Origin: an uncultured Methylomirabilota bacterium
GTDB lineage: Bacteria; Methylomirabilota; Methylomirabilia; Methylomirabilales; 2-02-FULL-66-22
Assembly (NCBI GenBank): GCA_963845565.1
Contig: CAWJSJ010000005.1
Location: forward strand, 864,001-928,000
Reading direction: 5' to 3'
Length of the DNA stretch: 64,000 nucleotides
The notes under the pieces are model-generated. The model did no database searches and had not been told where the DNA came from. It was given only the letters and a program-made list of their open reading frames with translations. The stretch's first letter is position 1, and every line of letters starts with the position of its first letter. The translations under genes were made by a program, and so were the position numbers. Positions 1 to 10,190 of this stretch are shown here, one piece after another.

Positions 1-746
1 CCGCCCTGCCGTCGGGCGCGCCGGCCGTGGTCAACGCCGACGATCCGGTGTGCCTCAGTTTGGCGGCCCGCGCCCGGAGCGAGGGGAAGCGCGTGGTGCT
101 CTACGGGATGGACCCCGCCGTCCGCGATCTCGCCGTACGGGGGATGGACATGGCGGTCAGCGCGCGCGGCAGTCGCCTTCGCGTCGTCACCGCGGCAGGG
201 GATTCGGAGGTGTTCGACACCAAGCTGCTGGGGCGGTGGAATCTGTCGAACGTTCTTGGCGGTATCGCGGCGGCGCTGGAGTGGGGCGTTCCGCTGACCG
301 CGATGAAACCGGCGGTGGCGGCCCTGACGCCGGCGCCGCGGCGGCTGGAGATCCACGAGGAGGGCGGCGTCATCCGGATTCTGGACGTGGCCAACGCCAA
401 TCCCCGCGGGGCGGAGATGGCGCTGGAGGTCCTCGCCCAGTTCTCCGGCGGCTCTCGGATCCTCATCACGCCTGGGATGGTCGAACTGGGCCCGATCGAG
501 GCCGAGGAGAACCGGCGCTTCGGCGAGAAGGCGGCGTCGGTGTGCGATTACGTCGTGCTGGTCGGACCGGAGCAGACCCGGCCGATTCGCCAGGGATTGA
601 CGGAGCGCGGGTTTCCGGCGGAGCGGGTTCTCACCGCGCGCGGCGCGGACGAGGTCGCAGACCGACTGGCAGGTCTCGTGCGGCCGGGGGACATCCTGCT
701 CTACGAAAACCGCCTCCCTGACACGTATCTCGAGGTTGCGCCATGA
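1..746 (+). CDS. murF: UDP-N-acetylmuramoyl-tripeptide--D-Ala-D-Ala ligase, C-terminal part (5' truncated by window edge)
   Basis: Mur ligase motifs VVNADD, LLGRWNLSN, NANP, ILITPGMVELG, YENRLPD; sits upstream of ddl and mraY in a dcw cluster. Confidence 0.8.
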   Translation, partial: ALPSGAPAVVNADDPVCLSLAARARSEGKRVVLYGMDPAVRDLAVRGMDMAVSARGSRLRVVTAAGDSEVFDTKLLGRWNLSNVLGGIAAALEWGVPLTAMKPAVAALTPAPRRLEIHEEGGVIRILDVANANPRGAEMALEVLAQFSGGSRILITPGMVELGPIEAEENRRFGEKAASVCDYVVLVGPEQTRPIRQGLTERGFPAERVLTARGADEVADRLAGLVRPGDILLYENRLPDTYLEVAP

Positions 747-1993
747 CGCGTGTGGGTTTGATCTTCGGCAGCCGCTCGGTCGAGCACGAGATCTCCATCA
801 CGACCGCCGGTAAGGCGTACGAGGTGCTGCGTCAGCTCCGCGGCGAGTACGAGACCGTGCCGATCTACCTGACCAAAGCCGGCGCGTGGCTCACGGGTCC
901 TGGCGTGGAGCGACTCCTGACCGTCGAGGCGGAGGGCCGCGCGTGCCAGGATCCGGCCCGCCGCAAGGCCCTCCAGGAGAGCTACAAGGCGCACCTCCAG
1001 GCGTTGGAGCGGGGTGAGGGCGAGGTGGTCCAGCAGTTCCTGCCGCCCGATCCGACGGTGCGCGGGCTCTGTGGAAATCCGGAGCGGGCCTCCTGGTTCA
1101 AGAAGGCGTTGGGACCGACCCTGGATATCGCCTTCCCGACTGTTCACGGAACGCACGGGGAGGACGGCACGCTGCAGGGCCTCTTCGAACTGGCGGACCT
1201 GCCGTACGTCGGCACCGGGGTCGCCGCGTCGGCGGCGGGGATGGACAAGATCCTGTCCAAGTTGCTCTTTCGCGGGGCAGGCCTGCCGACGGTCGAGGCG
1301 ACGTGGTTCGGTCGGCGTCAATGGCTTGCCGACGAGGCCGCGGCCGTGCACGAGGTCGAATCGCGCCTGGGCTACCCGGTGGTGGTCAAGCCGGCGGTGG
1401 CGGGCTCCAGCGTCGGCATCGCCCGCGCGGCCGGCCCGGCGGAACTCGCCAAAGCGGTGAACCACGCGATCCAGTTCAGCGCGCGGGTGCTGGTCGAAAA
1501 GGCGGTCGATGACCGTCTGGAGATCCAGTGCGCCGTGCTCGGGAACCATGCCCTGGTGGTGTCCGAGTGCGAGGAGTTGACCCAGTCGGCCGGCATCGTC
1601 AGCTTCGAGGATAAATACCTTCGCCGTCCCGGGGCCGCCGAAGCGGACCTCGCGCCCAGCCAGATCCCGGCCCGGATCCCGGCGGACTTGGCGCAGCGGG
1701 CAAAAGCGCTGGCCCTGGCGGCCTTCCAGGCGCTGGACGCGCGGGGCATCGCCCGGGTGGACATCCTGGTGGACCGGCCCACGATGCAGCCGTTTGTCAA
1801 CGAGGTCAACACGCTGCCCGGGTCGCTCTGTCTGCGCCTGTGGGAGGCCAGCGGGGTGGCGCCGGCGGCGCTGGTGCAACGCCTACTGGCGCTGGCCGTG
1901 GAGGGGCACGCGGAGAAGACCCGGACCCGGTTCGAGTCGCGCGAGGGGTCGGGCCTGGTGGATCGGAAACACTTGATGAGTCCCGGAAAGTAG
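743..1993 (+). CDS. ddl: D-alanine--D-alanine ligase (ATP-grasp)
   Basis: FGSRSVEHEIS, HGTHGEDGTLQG, MDK, VVKP..GSSVG, EDKY, ARVD, NEVNTLPG; ATGA overlap with murF. Confidence 0.9.
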   Translation: MTRVGLIFGSRSVEHEISITTAGKAYEVLRQLRGEYETVPIYLTKAGAWLTGPGVERLLTVEAEGRACQDPARRKALQESYKAHLQALERGEGEVVQQFLPPDPTVRGLCGNPERASWFKKALGPTLDIAFPTVHGTHGEDGTLQGLFELADLPYVGTGVAASAAGMDKILSKLLFRGAGLPTVEATWFGRRQWLADEAAAVHEVESRLGYPVVVKPAVAGSSVGIARAAGPAELAKAVNHAIQFSARVLVEKAVDDRLEIQCAVLGNHALVVSECEELTQSAGIVSFEDKYLRRPGAAEADLAPSQIPARIPADLAQRAKALALAAFQALDARGIARVDILVDRPTMQPFVNEVNTLPGSLCLRLWEASGVAPAALVQRLLALAVEGHAEKTRTRFESREGSGLVDRKHLMSPGK

Positions 1994-1999
1994 GGGCGC

Positions 2000-3082
2000 G
2001 TGCTCTACCATCTACTGGTTCCGCTGGCCAAGTTCATCGGCCCCCTGAACGTCTTCCGGTACGTCACGTTCCGGACGGCGGGGGCGTTCCTCACGGCGCT
2101 GCTCGTCACGCTACTCCTTGGGCCCAAGATCATCGATAAGCTTTCGGCGCTGCGGGCCCGGCAGGTCGTGCGCGAGGACGGGCCGCAAAGCCACCTCAAG
2201 AAGGCGGGGACGCCGACGATGGGCGGGGTCCTGATCCTGCTGGCCGTGACGTCGGCGACGCTGCTCTGGGCGCAGCTCACCAATCGATTCATCTGGCTGG
2301 CGTTGCTCACGACACTGGCGATGGGCGCCGTGGGGTTCGTGGACGACTACCTCAAAGTCACACGCGCCAACAGCGTGGGGCTGCGCCCGCGCCAGAAGTT
2401 CGTCCTGCAGGTGGCCATCGGGCTGGCGGTCGGGGTGTACTTGTATCTGTTTCCGGCCGACGAGTTCACGACCCGGCTGGCCATCCCCTTCCTGAAGCGC
2501 TGGATGCCGGAGCTGGGCGTCGCCTACGCTGCGTTTGGCATGCTGGTCATCGTGGGATGCTCGAATGCGGTCAATCTGACCGACGGCCTGGATGGCCTGG
2601 CCATCGTGCCCACGCTGATGGCCGCGGCCACCTTCACGCTGTTTGCCTATGTCGCGGGCCACGCCGCCCTCGCCCGATACCTGCAGGTCATCTACGTGCG
2701 AGGGGCCAGCGAGCTTCCGGTCTTTGCCGCGGCCCTGGTGGGGGCGAGTCTCGGGTTCCTCTGGTACAACGCCCATCCCGCGCAGGTGTTCATGGGCGAC
2801 ACGGGCTCGCTGGCGCTCGGCGGGGCGCTCGCCACGGTGGCCCTGATCACGAAGAATGAGCTCGTCCTGGTGGTGGCCGGCGGCTGCTTCGTGGTGGAAG
2901 CACTGTCGGTGATCATCCAGGTGTTCTGGTACCGGCGGACGGGACAGCGGGTCTTCCGCATGGCGCCCATCCACCACCACTATGAGCTGAACGGGCTGCC
3001 GGAGCCGAAGATCATCGTCCGGTTCTGGATCGTGTCTTTCGTGCTGCAGGTCATCTCGCTGACGACCCTGAAGCTGCGTTGA
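2000..3082 (+). CDS. mraY: phospho-N-acetylmuramoyl-pentapeptide transferase
   Basis: KAGTPTMGG, DDYLK, NAVNLTDGLDGLA, FMGDTGS, MAPIHHHYE. Confidence 0.97.
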   Translation: MLYHLLVPLAKFIGPLNVFRYVTFRTAGAFLTALLVTLLLGPKIIDKLSALRARQVVREDGPQSHLKKAGTPTMGGVLILLAVTSATLLWAQLTNRFIWLALLTTLAMGAVGFVDDYLKVTRANSVGLRPRQKFVLQVAIGLAVGVYLYLFPADEFTTRLAIPFLKRWMPELGVAYAAFGMLVIVGCSNAVNLTDGLDGLAIVPTLMAAATFTLFAYVAGHAALARYLQVIYVRGASELPVFAAALVGASLGFLWYNAHPAQVFMGDTGSLALGGALATVALITKNELVLVVAGGCFVVEALSVIIQVFWYRRTGQRVFRMAPIHHHYELNGLPEPKIIVRFWIVSFVLQVISLTTLKLR

Positions 3083-3157
3083 GGGGCGATGACCGATTGC
3101 GAGCCAGTGATGACGGGCCATTGGGAATTCGTCGGTGGTCATGTGCGGGGATGAGGC

Positions 3158-4555
3158 ATGTGCCCTCAACTCGACGCTGAGTTGCACGGAAAACGGGTGA
3201 CCGTGGTCGGGCTGGCCCGGAGCGGCCTGGCAGTCTGCACGGTCCTGGCGGAGCGCGGGGCCCTGGTTGTCGGGACGGACCGATCCCCGCGCGAGACCCT
3301 CCGCGGGGATCTCGCCGACCTGGAGGCCCGCGGGGTCCGGATCGAAACCGGCGGCCATCGCGCCGAGAGCGTTCTGGGCGCCGACCTGATCGTGATCAGC
3401 CCGGGCGTGCCGACCGACATGCCGCTGCTCGCGCAGGCCCGATCGCAGGGGATCCCGGTCTGGGGCGAGGTGGAACTGGCGTCGCGCCTGACCACGGCCC
3501 GGTTCCTGGGGATCACCGGGACCAACGGGAAGAGCACCACGACCAGTCTGGTGGGGGCGATGCTGGAGTCGGCAGGTTTCCCGGTGGTGGTGGCCGGGAA
3601 CATCGGGACGGCGCTCTGCGCGGTGGTCACGACGCTGACGCCGTCACACTGGGTGGTCGCGGAGCTTTCCAGCTTCCAGCTGGAGACGATCGTGAGTTTC
3701 CGGCCGCAGGTGGCGGCCCTCCTCAACCTGGCGCCGGATCATCTGGACCGGTACGCGGATCTGGACGCCTACTACGCCGCCAAGGCCCGGATCTTCATGA
3801 ATCAGACCGCGGACGACTATGCCGTTCTGAACGCGGACGATCCGCCGACCCTGGCGTGGGCGCGCGGGGTCCGGTCCCAGCCCCGCCTCTTCAGCCGGAT
3901 GCGGACGATGGGGGACGGGGCCTTCGTACGGGACGGCCGCCTGATCGTCCGGCGGGACGGACGAACGGACGCGGTCTGCGGAATCGGCGAGATCCGGATC
4001 CCCGGACTCCACAACCTGGAGAACGGCTTGGCCGCCGCGGCCATGGCGTCGGCGATCGGCGTGCCGCCCACCGCCATCGGGGAGGCGCTCCGGCGCTTCC
4101 CGGGGCTGCCGCACCGGCTGGAGTTGGTGGCGGAGATGGACGGCGTCCGCTACGTGAATGATTCGAAGGGTACCAACGTGGGAGCGGTGGTGAAATCGCT
4201 GGAGGGGTACGCGGGCGGCGTGATCCTCATCGCGGGCGGGAAGGACAAGGGCGGAGACTTCGCGCCCCTGCGCCCACTGGTGGCCTCGCGAGTAAAAACC
4301 CTCCTGCTCATCGGCCAGGCGCGACAGGCGATTCGGGACCAACTCGCGGGTGCCTGCCCGATGGAGGAGGCGCCCACGCTGGGGGCCGCGGTGGCGCGCG
4401 GCGCCGAGATCGCGGTCGCGGGAGACACGGTGCTCTTGTCGCCGGCCTGCGCCAGCTTCGACATGTTTCGGGATTTTGAACACCGCGGCGATGTGTTCCG
4501 CCAGGCGGTGCGGGATCTGGTCTCCCGGAAAGGAGCCGGTGAACGGACGCGCTGA
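3158..4555 (+). CDS. murD: UDP-N-acetylmuramoyl-L-Ala--D-Glu ligase
   Basis: GLARSG, GITGTNGKSTT, ELSSFQLE, DHLDRY, NDSKGTN, LLSPACASFD. Confidence 0.97.
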   Translation: MCPQLDAELHGKRVTVVGLARSGLAVCTVLAERGALVVGTDRSPRETLRGDLADLEARGVRIETGGHRAESVLGADLIVISPGVPTDMPLLAQARSQGIPVWGEVELASRLTTARFLGITGTNGKSTTTSLVGAMLESAGFPVVVAGNIGTALCAVVTTLTPSHWVVAELSSFQLETIVSFRPQVAALLNLAPDHLDRYADLDAYYAAKARIFMNQTADDYAVLNADDPPTLAWARGVRSQPRLFSRMRTMGDGAFVRDGRLIVRRDGRTDAVCGIGEIRIPGLHNLENGLAAAAMASAIGVPPTAIGEALRRFPGLPHRLELVAEMDGVRYVNDSKGTNVGAVVKSLEGYAGGVILIAGGKDKGGDFAPLRPLVASRVKTLLLIGQARQAIRDQLAGACPMEEAPTLGAAVARGAEIAVAGDTVLLSPACASFDMFRDFEHRGDVFRQAVRDLVSRKGAGERTR

Positions 4556-5762
4556 CGTGTGGGTCCCGCCGATGGCGGGTCGCGACCCTTCCGCGGCGGA
4601 ACCGGACGAGGCGCTGCGCGCGCTGCGGGTCACGCGAGGTTGGCGCGCACTCCTGCCGACTCCCCAAGAGGTGGGCCGAGCACGGGGGGACCAGTGGCTG
4701 CTGGTGGCCACGCTCGTGCTGGTGGGGCTGGGCATCGTGATGATCTACAGCGCCAGCGCGATCCGGGCGCAGGAGCGGTTCGGCGATCCGACCTTCTTTC
4801 TCAAGCGGCAAGCTATTTGGGCCGGGTTGGGCTTGTTGGCCATGGGGTGGGCCGCGACCTGGGACCTCAAGCGATTTCAGCGCCTGACGCCCATTCTGTT
4901 CCTGGCGAGCCTGTTTCTGCTCCTCCTGGTGCTGGTGCCGGCCGTCGGCATCAAGATCAACGGCGCACGGCGCTGGCTCCGGTTGTTCGGGTTGTCGTTC
5001 CAGCCGGCGGAGATGGCGAAGCTGGCCGTTGTGCTGTTTCTGGCCAGCTATTTTGCCCGCCGGCAGGACCGCCTGGGCAGCTTTCTGGACGGGTTTCTGC
5101 CGCCGCTCCTGATGACGGGGTTGATGGCCGGGCTGATCATCCTGCAGCCAAATTTCGGCACCGCGGTCGTGCTCCTCATCACGGCGGCGATGATCTTCTT
5201 CGTCGGGCGGGCGCGCTTCGGCCACCTGCTGGGCACGGCGGCCGTGGCCGGCCCCGCGCTGCTGGCGCTGATGTGGATGTCCTCCCACGGCCGCACCCGA
5301 CTGCTGGCGCTGGTGGACCCTTCGCAGGTCTCCGCGCGGGCGACGTACCAACTGGATCAGTCGTTCTACGCCCTGGGACCCGGGGGCTGGATCGGACGCG
5401 GCCTCGGAAACAGCATGCAGAAGCTGTTCTTCCTCCCGGAGCCGCACAACGACTTCATCTTCGCCATTGTGGGTGAGGAGTTAGGGTTTGTGGGAGCGGT
5501 GGCCGTGGTGGGGCTGTTTGCCCTGTTCTTGTGGCGCGGCATGCGCGTGGCGGTGCGGGCGACCGATCCGTATGCCGGCTATCTGGCGATGGGGGTGACC
5601 GGCCTGATCGTGGGCCAAGCGGTCCTCAACATGTCGGTGGTGAGCGGGCTCTTGCCCACGACCGGCGTGCCGCTGCCGTTCTTGAGCTTTGGCGGATCGT
5701 CGCTGGTGATCACGCTCTTCGCCGTCGGGATCTTGCTCAACGTGTCGCGGAGAACCGAGTGA
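4539..5762 (+). CDS. ftsW: SEDS-family peptidoglycan polymerase FtsW (start reassigned to GTG at 4539 after AGGAG)
   Basis: MIYSAS, NGARRWL, FQPAE, LPEPHNDFIFAIVGEELG, LPTTGVPLPFLSFGGSS. Confidence 0.95.
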   Translation: MNGRADVWVPPMAGRDPSAAEPDEALRALRVTRGWRALLPTPQEVGRARGDQWLLVATLVLVGLGIVMIYSASAIRAQERFGDPTFFLKRQAIWAGLGLLAMGWAATWDLKRFQRLTPILFLASLFLLLLVLVPAVGIKINGARRWLRLFGLSFQPAEMAKLAVVLFLASYFARRQDRLGSFLDGFLPPLLMTGLMAGLIILQPNFGTAVVLLITAAMIFFVGRARFGHLLGTAAVAGPALLALMWMSSHGRTRLLALVDPSQVSARATYQLDQSFYALGPGGWIGRGLGNSMQKLFFLPEPHNDFIFAIVGEELGFVGAVAVVGLFALFLWRGMRVAVRATDPYAGYLAMGVTGLIVGQAVLNMSVVSGLLPTTGVPLPFLSFGGSSLVITLFAVGILLNVSRRTE

Positions 5763-5889
5763 AGCCCGTGGGCATGACGCGCAGACCGCCGGCAATGCGA
5801 AACCGACCACCGGCACCGGGTGATCGGCGGCCGAGCGTCCGCGGTGCCATTCTCTTTGTGCGCCCTCCGGGCGGGCAGAGGTTGCGCCG

Positions 5890-6987
5890 GTGCGCATCGT
5901 GATCACGGGGGGCGGGACGGGCGGCCATCTTTTCCCGGCCCTGGCGGTGCACGATGCCCTGCGGGCGCGGCGGCCGGAGGCGGACGCCCTCTTCGTCGGG
6001 ACCGCGCGCGGTGTGGAGGCGACCATCTTGCCTCGTCGGGGGTGCGCCTTCCGGGGCCTCACGGCCACCCCGGTGAGCGGGACGGGGTGGCGTGGCCGAT
6101 TCGCCGCCGCGTGGGCCCTTCCTGGGACGATCCGACAGGCCGGGCGCTTCCTGCGGGAGTTTCGCCCGCAGGTCGTGTTCGGTGTGGGCGGGTACGCCTC
6201 GGTGCCGACCGTGCTGGCCGCCGGCCTGGCGCGCATCCCCCGGGTGATCCACGAGCAGAACGCCGTCCCCGGTTTGGCGAACCGTGCGCTGGGGCGGATC
6301 GCCAGCGCGGTGGCAGTGTCCTTCGCGGAGACGACCCGCTGCTTCCCGGTGGGCCGCACGCAGGTGACCGGCAACCCGGTCCGCGCGGAGATTCGAGCGG
6401 GCGATGCGCGCGCTGCGCGGGCGCGGCTGGACCTCGATCCGGAGGCGTTTACGGTCCTCATCTTCGGCGGGAGTCAGGGCGCTCGCCGGCTGAACCAGGC
6501 CGTGCAGGAGGCGTTGCCCGCATTGGCGGCCGAGCGGGCGGGCCTGCAGTTCGTGCACGGCACCGGGGCGTCGGATCTGGCGGATGTCCGGCGGGCCTAT
6601 CAGGCGAGCGGGGTCTCGGCGCGGGTCGAGCCGTTTTTCGAGGAGATGGCGCTGGCCTATCAGGCGGCCGATTTCGCCATCTGTCGCGCCGGCGCCGGGA
6701 CGCTGTTCGAACTTGCGGCGATGGGGATACCGGCCCTGCTGGTGCCGTACCCCTACGCCGCGAACGACCACCAGCGGCTGAACGGCGAGACCGCCGTGCG
6801 GGCCGGGGCAGCCTGGATGCTTCTCGACCAGTTCTGCGACGGACCGCGGCTGGTGGCCAGCGTTCGGGCGGCGCGGGAGAAGCCCGATCAGTTGGCGGAG
6901 ATGGGACGCCGCGCCCGGACATTGGCGCGGCCCGATGCCGCGGAACGGATCGTGGACCTCTTGGAGCGTGTCGCCTTGGTAGCCTAG
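5890..6987 (+). CDS. murG: undecaprenyl-PP-MurNAc-pentapeptide GlcNAc transferase
   Basis: [47 protein letters not shown]. Confidence 0.97.
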   Translation: MRIVITGGGTGGHLFPALAVHDALRARRPEADALFVGTARGVEATILPRRGCAFRGLTATPVSGTGWRGRFAAAWALPGTIRQAGRFLREFRPQVVFGVGGYASVPTVLAAGLARIPRVIHEQNAVPGLANRALGRIASAVAVSFAETTRCFPVGRTQVTGNPVRAEIRAGDARAARARLDLDPEAFTVLIFGGSQGARRLNQAVQEALPALAAERAGLQFVHGTGASDLADVRRAYQASGVSARVEPFFEEMALAYQAADFAICRAGAGTLFELAAMGIPALLVPYPYAANDHQRLNGETAVRAGAAWMLLDQFCDGPRLVASVRAAREKPDQLAEMGRRARTLARPDAAERIVDLLERVALVA

Positions 6988-6998
6988 ACGGAGCGGAT

Positions 6999-8378
6999 GT
7001 GTTCAAGAAGATTCGCCAGATTCACTTCGTGGGCATCGGCGGCATCGGGATGAGCGGCATCGCCGAGGTCCTGCACAATCTCGGCTACGGAGTCTCCGGG
7101 TCGGACAGCAAGGCGTCGGAGACGACGCGGCGGCTGGGCGCGCTCGGACTCGCGGTCACCATCGGCCACCGCGCGGAAAACGTCGGGACGGCGGACGTGG
7201 TGGTGCGCTCCTCCGCCGTCACCGCCGACAACCCGGAGATCGTGGCCGCGCGCCAGCGGCTCGTCCCCGTCATCCAGCGCGCCGAGATGTTGGCCGAACT
7301 GATGCGCATGAAGTACGGGGTGGCCGTGGCCGGGACGCACGGCAAGACCACCACCACCTCGCTGATCGCCACGGTGCTGGCGCGTGGCGGACTGGATCCG
7401 ACCATGGTGATCGGGGGGCGACTGAACGCCCTGGGTTCCAACGCCAAATTGGGGCGCGGCGACTTTTTGGTGGCCGAGGCGGACGAGAGCGACGGCTCGT
7501 TTCTGAAGCTCAGCCCCACCATCGCCGTGGTCACCACCATCGACGCGGAGCACCTGGATTACTACCGGGACCTGGCCCATATCCAGGACGTCTTCGTGCA
7601 GTTCATCAACAAGGTCCCGTTCTACGGTCTGGCCGTCCTGTGTCTGGACCAGGAGAACATTCAGGCCATCCTGCCGCAGGTGGAGAAGCGGTACGTCACG
7701 TACGGCCTCAGGACGCAGGCGGACTTCCTGGCCCGGGAGATCACCTTCGCAGGGATGACGTCGGCGTGCCGGGTGTTGTGGAAGGGGAAACCGCTCGGGC
7801 GGCTTGCGCTCAAGGTTCCGGGTCTGCACAACGTCTACAACGCCTTGGCCGCCGTCGCCGTGGGCATGGACCTCGATCTCCCGTTCGAGGTGATCCGGGA
7901 CGCCCTGGGCGAGTTCTCCGGGGTGGATCGGCGCTTCCAAGTGCGGGGGGAGGCGCGCGGCGTCACGGTGGTGGACGATTACGCCCACCATCCCGCCGAG
8001 ATCCAGGCCACGCTCAACGCCGCCAAGGACGGTTTCGGCCGGCAGGTGGTGGCCGTGTTCCAGCCCCACCGCTACACCCGGACCCGGGCCCTGCTCTCCG
8101 ATTTTTCCACCGCGTTCTACCAGGCGGATCGGGTGTTCGTCACCGAGATCTACCCGGCCGGGGAGCTGCCGATTCCAGGGGTGAGCGGCCGGCAGATCGC
8201 CGAAGGGGTGGCCGGGCACGGGCACCGGGGCGTGACCTTCGTGGCGGACAAGGGCGCGTTGGCATCGGAGGTGCTGCGTGTCGTTCAGTCGGGCGACATG
8301 GTGCTGACCATGGGCGCGGGTGACGTGTGGCGGGTGGGCGAGGAAATCCTGGAGCGTCTGCGGGAGACCGACCGGTGA
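6999..8378 (+). CDS. murC: UDP-N-acetylmuramate--L-alanine ligase (start GTG at 6999)
   Basis: [48 protein letters not shown]. Confidence 0.97.
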   Translation: MFKKIRQIHFVGIGGIGMSGIAEVLHNLGYGVSGSDSKASETTRRLGALGLAVTIGHRAENVGTADVVVRSSAVTADNPEIVAARQRLVPVIQRAEMLAELMRMKYGVAVAGTHGKTTTTSLIATVLARGGLDPTMVIGGRLNALGSNAKLGRGDFLVAEADESDGSFLKLSPTIAVVTTIDAEHLDYYRDLAHIQDVFVQFINKVPFYGLAVLCLDQENIQAILPQVEKRYVTYGLRTQADFLAREITFAGMTSACRVLWKGKPLGRLALKVPGLHNVYNALAAVAVGMDLDLPFEVIRDALGEFSGVDRRFQVRGEARGVTVVDDYAHHPAEIQATLNAAKDGFGRQVVAVFQPHRYTRTRALLSDFSTAFYQADRVFVTEIYPAGELPIPGVSGRQIAEGVAGHGHRGVTFVADKGALASEVLRVVQSGDMVLTMGAGDVWRVGEEILERLRETDR

Positions 8379-8391
8379 GCGCGGGTTGGTC

Positions 8392-9294
8392 GTGATAGAC
8401 ACGCCGGCTGAGCGACTGCGAAGGGCGATGCGCGGACAGGTACTGGTTGGGGCGCCGCTTGCCGAGTACACCTCCTTCCGGATCGGGGGGCCTGCCATGT
8501 TCTTGGCGGTGCCGTCGGATCGGGAAGATCTGAAGGCCGCGCTGGCATTTGCGCGGTCCGAGGGATTGACGGTGCATCTGCTGGGCGGCGGGAGCAATAC
8601 CCTGGTGCGGGACGGCGGCCTGCGGGGCATCGCCATCCGTCTCGACGGCTTCCAGTCGCTGGAGCGGTGCGGCGACGCGGTGGTGGCGGGGGCCGGCGTC
8701 CGCATCAGCCGGCTCTTGGCGTTCTGCTGCCGGCAGGGCCTCTCCGGGCTCGAGATCCTGAGCGGTGTGCCCGGCACGGTCGGCGGGGCCGTCTGGGGGA
8801 ACGCCGGTGCCTGGGGCGGGCAAACGGCCGACCCGCTGTCGGAGGTGGAGATCGTCACGGCCGCCGGCGATACGCAGGTGTTGCCACGGGCGGCGATCCC
8901 GTTTCGCTACCGGGCGTCCGGGCTTCCGGTCGGGTCGGTGGTGGTGCAGGCAACCTTTGCGCTGGCGCCCGGCGACCCGACGACGATCCGGCGTCGCATC
9001 TCCGGGTACCTCGTGCGGCGAAACGCCAGCCAGCCGGTGGAGTTTCGGTCGGCGGGCTCCATCTTCAAAAATCCACCCGGCGATTACGCGGGGCGTCTGG
9101 TGGAGCTGGCCGGGCTGAAGGGCACACGGATCGGAAACGCCATGATCTCCGCCAAGCACGGCAACTATATCGTGAACCTCGGCGGCGCACGCGCGGCGGA
9201 CGTTCTGGCCCTGGTGCGTCTCGCGCAGGAACGGGTGCGGGCGACGGCGGGGATCGATCTGGATCTGGAGATCAAGGTGGTGGGGGATGATTGA
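8392..9294 (+). CDS. murB: UDP-N-acetylenolpyruvoylglucosamine reductase (start approximate)
   Basis: TSFRIGGPA, LGGGSN, PGTVGGA..NAGAWG, SAGSIFKNP, SAKHGNYIVN. Confidence 0.95.
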   Translation: MIDTPAERLRRAMRGQVLVGAPLAEYTSFRIGGPAMFLAVPSDREDLKAALAFARSEGLTVHLLGGGSNTLVRDGGLRGIAIRLDGFQSLERCGDAVVAGAGVRISRLLAFCCRQGLSGLEILSGVPGTVGGAVWGNAGAWGGQTADPLSEVEIVTAAGDTQVLPRAAIPFRYRASGLPVGSVVVQATFALAPGDPTTIRRRISGYLVRRNASQPVEFRSAGSIFKNPPGDYAGRLVELAGLKGTRIGNAMISAKHGNYIVNLGGARAADVLALVRLAQERVRATAGIDLDLEIKVVGDD

Positions 9295-9360
9295 CACGGC
9301 GAGCCACGCGCCACGCGCCGTGAACGCCGAACCCTGAACGCCGAACGCGGAATCATACAC

Positions 9361-10185
9361 GTGATTCGAGACTATCACACCGATGAGCCGGGAAAGCCCC
9401 GGGCGCGAGTCGAGGAGCGGCGGCCGCGCGCCTCGACGGGGCGGCTGGTGCGTCTGACCAGAATCCTCGCCGCGGTGACGCTGCTCGCCGGTGTCGTCGC
9501 GGGGAGCTGGGAAGGGTATCGCCGGCTCGTCCGGATGCCGTACTTCCGGGTGGCCGAGGTGTACGTGGAGGGCAACCTGCAGGTGGCGACGGAGGAGGTC
9601 GTGGACAGCCTGGATCTCCCGCCGGACACCAGCCTGCTGGAGGTTGACCTGCCGAGCCTGAGCCGGCGCGTCCTCCAGAATCCGTGGATCAAGGAGGCCT
9701 CGGTGCGCCGCCGGCTCCCGTTGGCGCTGACCATCCACGTGGTGGAGCGGGTGCCCGAGGCGGTCTTCATCGCGGATCGTCGCTACCTGCTGAGTGCCGA
9801 CGGCGTGATCCTGACGGAGTTGGAGAGCGACGACCTGCCGACGTTGCCGACCTTGCGGGCGGCGACGCCGCGGCGCGTCCGGCCCGGCGACCGCGTCCTG
9901 AGCTCCGAGATGGCCCAGGGTCTGGCCGTCTGGCGCCAGTTCCAGCTGGCCAACGCCGTCCAGGGGGAGCGGGCCCACGAGATCGCCATGGGCGGCGACG
10001 GGAGCTACACCGTGAATCTGGGGCAGCAGATGCCGATCATTCGCCTGCACGCGCAGGACATGCAGGAACAGCTGCGGCGGTTGGGAGCGGCCCTGGTGGC
10101 CAGCGGGCGTACGCTGGGGACGTTCGCCGCCGTCGATCTCCGCTTTCGTGATCGGGTCGTCTTCCGGCCTGAAGGAGGGAGGTAG
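9361..10185 (+). CDS. ftsQ: cell division protein FtsQ/DivIB
   Basis: single N-terminal TM, POTRA-like segment (PWIKEASVRRRLP..I.VVER), C-terminal VDLRF; between murB and ftsA. Confidence 0.9.
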   Translation: MIRDYHTDEPGKPRARVEERRPRASTGRLVRLTRILAAVTLLAGVVAGSWEGYRRLVRMPYFRVAEVYVEGNLQVATEEVVDSLDLPPDTSLLEVDLPSLSRRVLQNPWIKEASVRRRLPLALTIHVVERVPEAVFIADRRYLLSADGVILTELESDDLPTLPTLRAATPRRVRPGDRVLSSEMAQGLAVWRQFQLANAVQGERAHEIAMGGDGSYTVNLGQQMPIIRLHAQDMQEQLRRLGAALVASGRTLGTFAAVDLRFRDRVVFRPEGGR

Positions 10186-10190
10186 CGCCG

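Noticed and set aside
1590..1625. Ddl as a D-Ala-D-Lac (vancomycin-resistance) ligase
   Set aside because: The omega loop reads EDKY with Tyr, not the Phe of Leuconostoc-type ligases, and no van genes are nearby.
5820..8378. 852-aa apparent long MurC
   Set aside because: The N-terminal 393 codons are an off-frame read of murG; the real start is the GTG at 6999.
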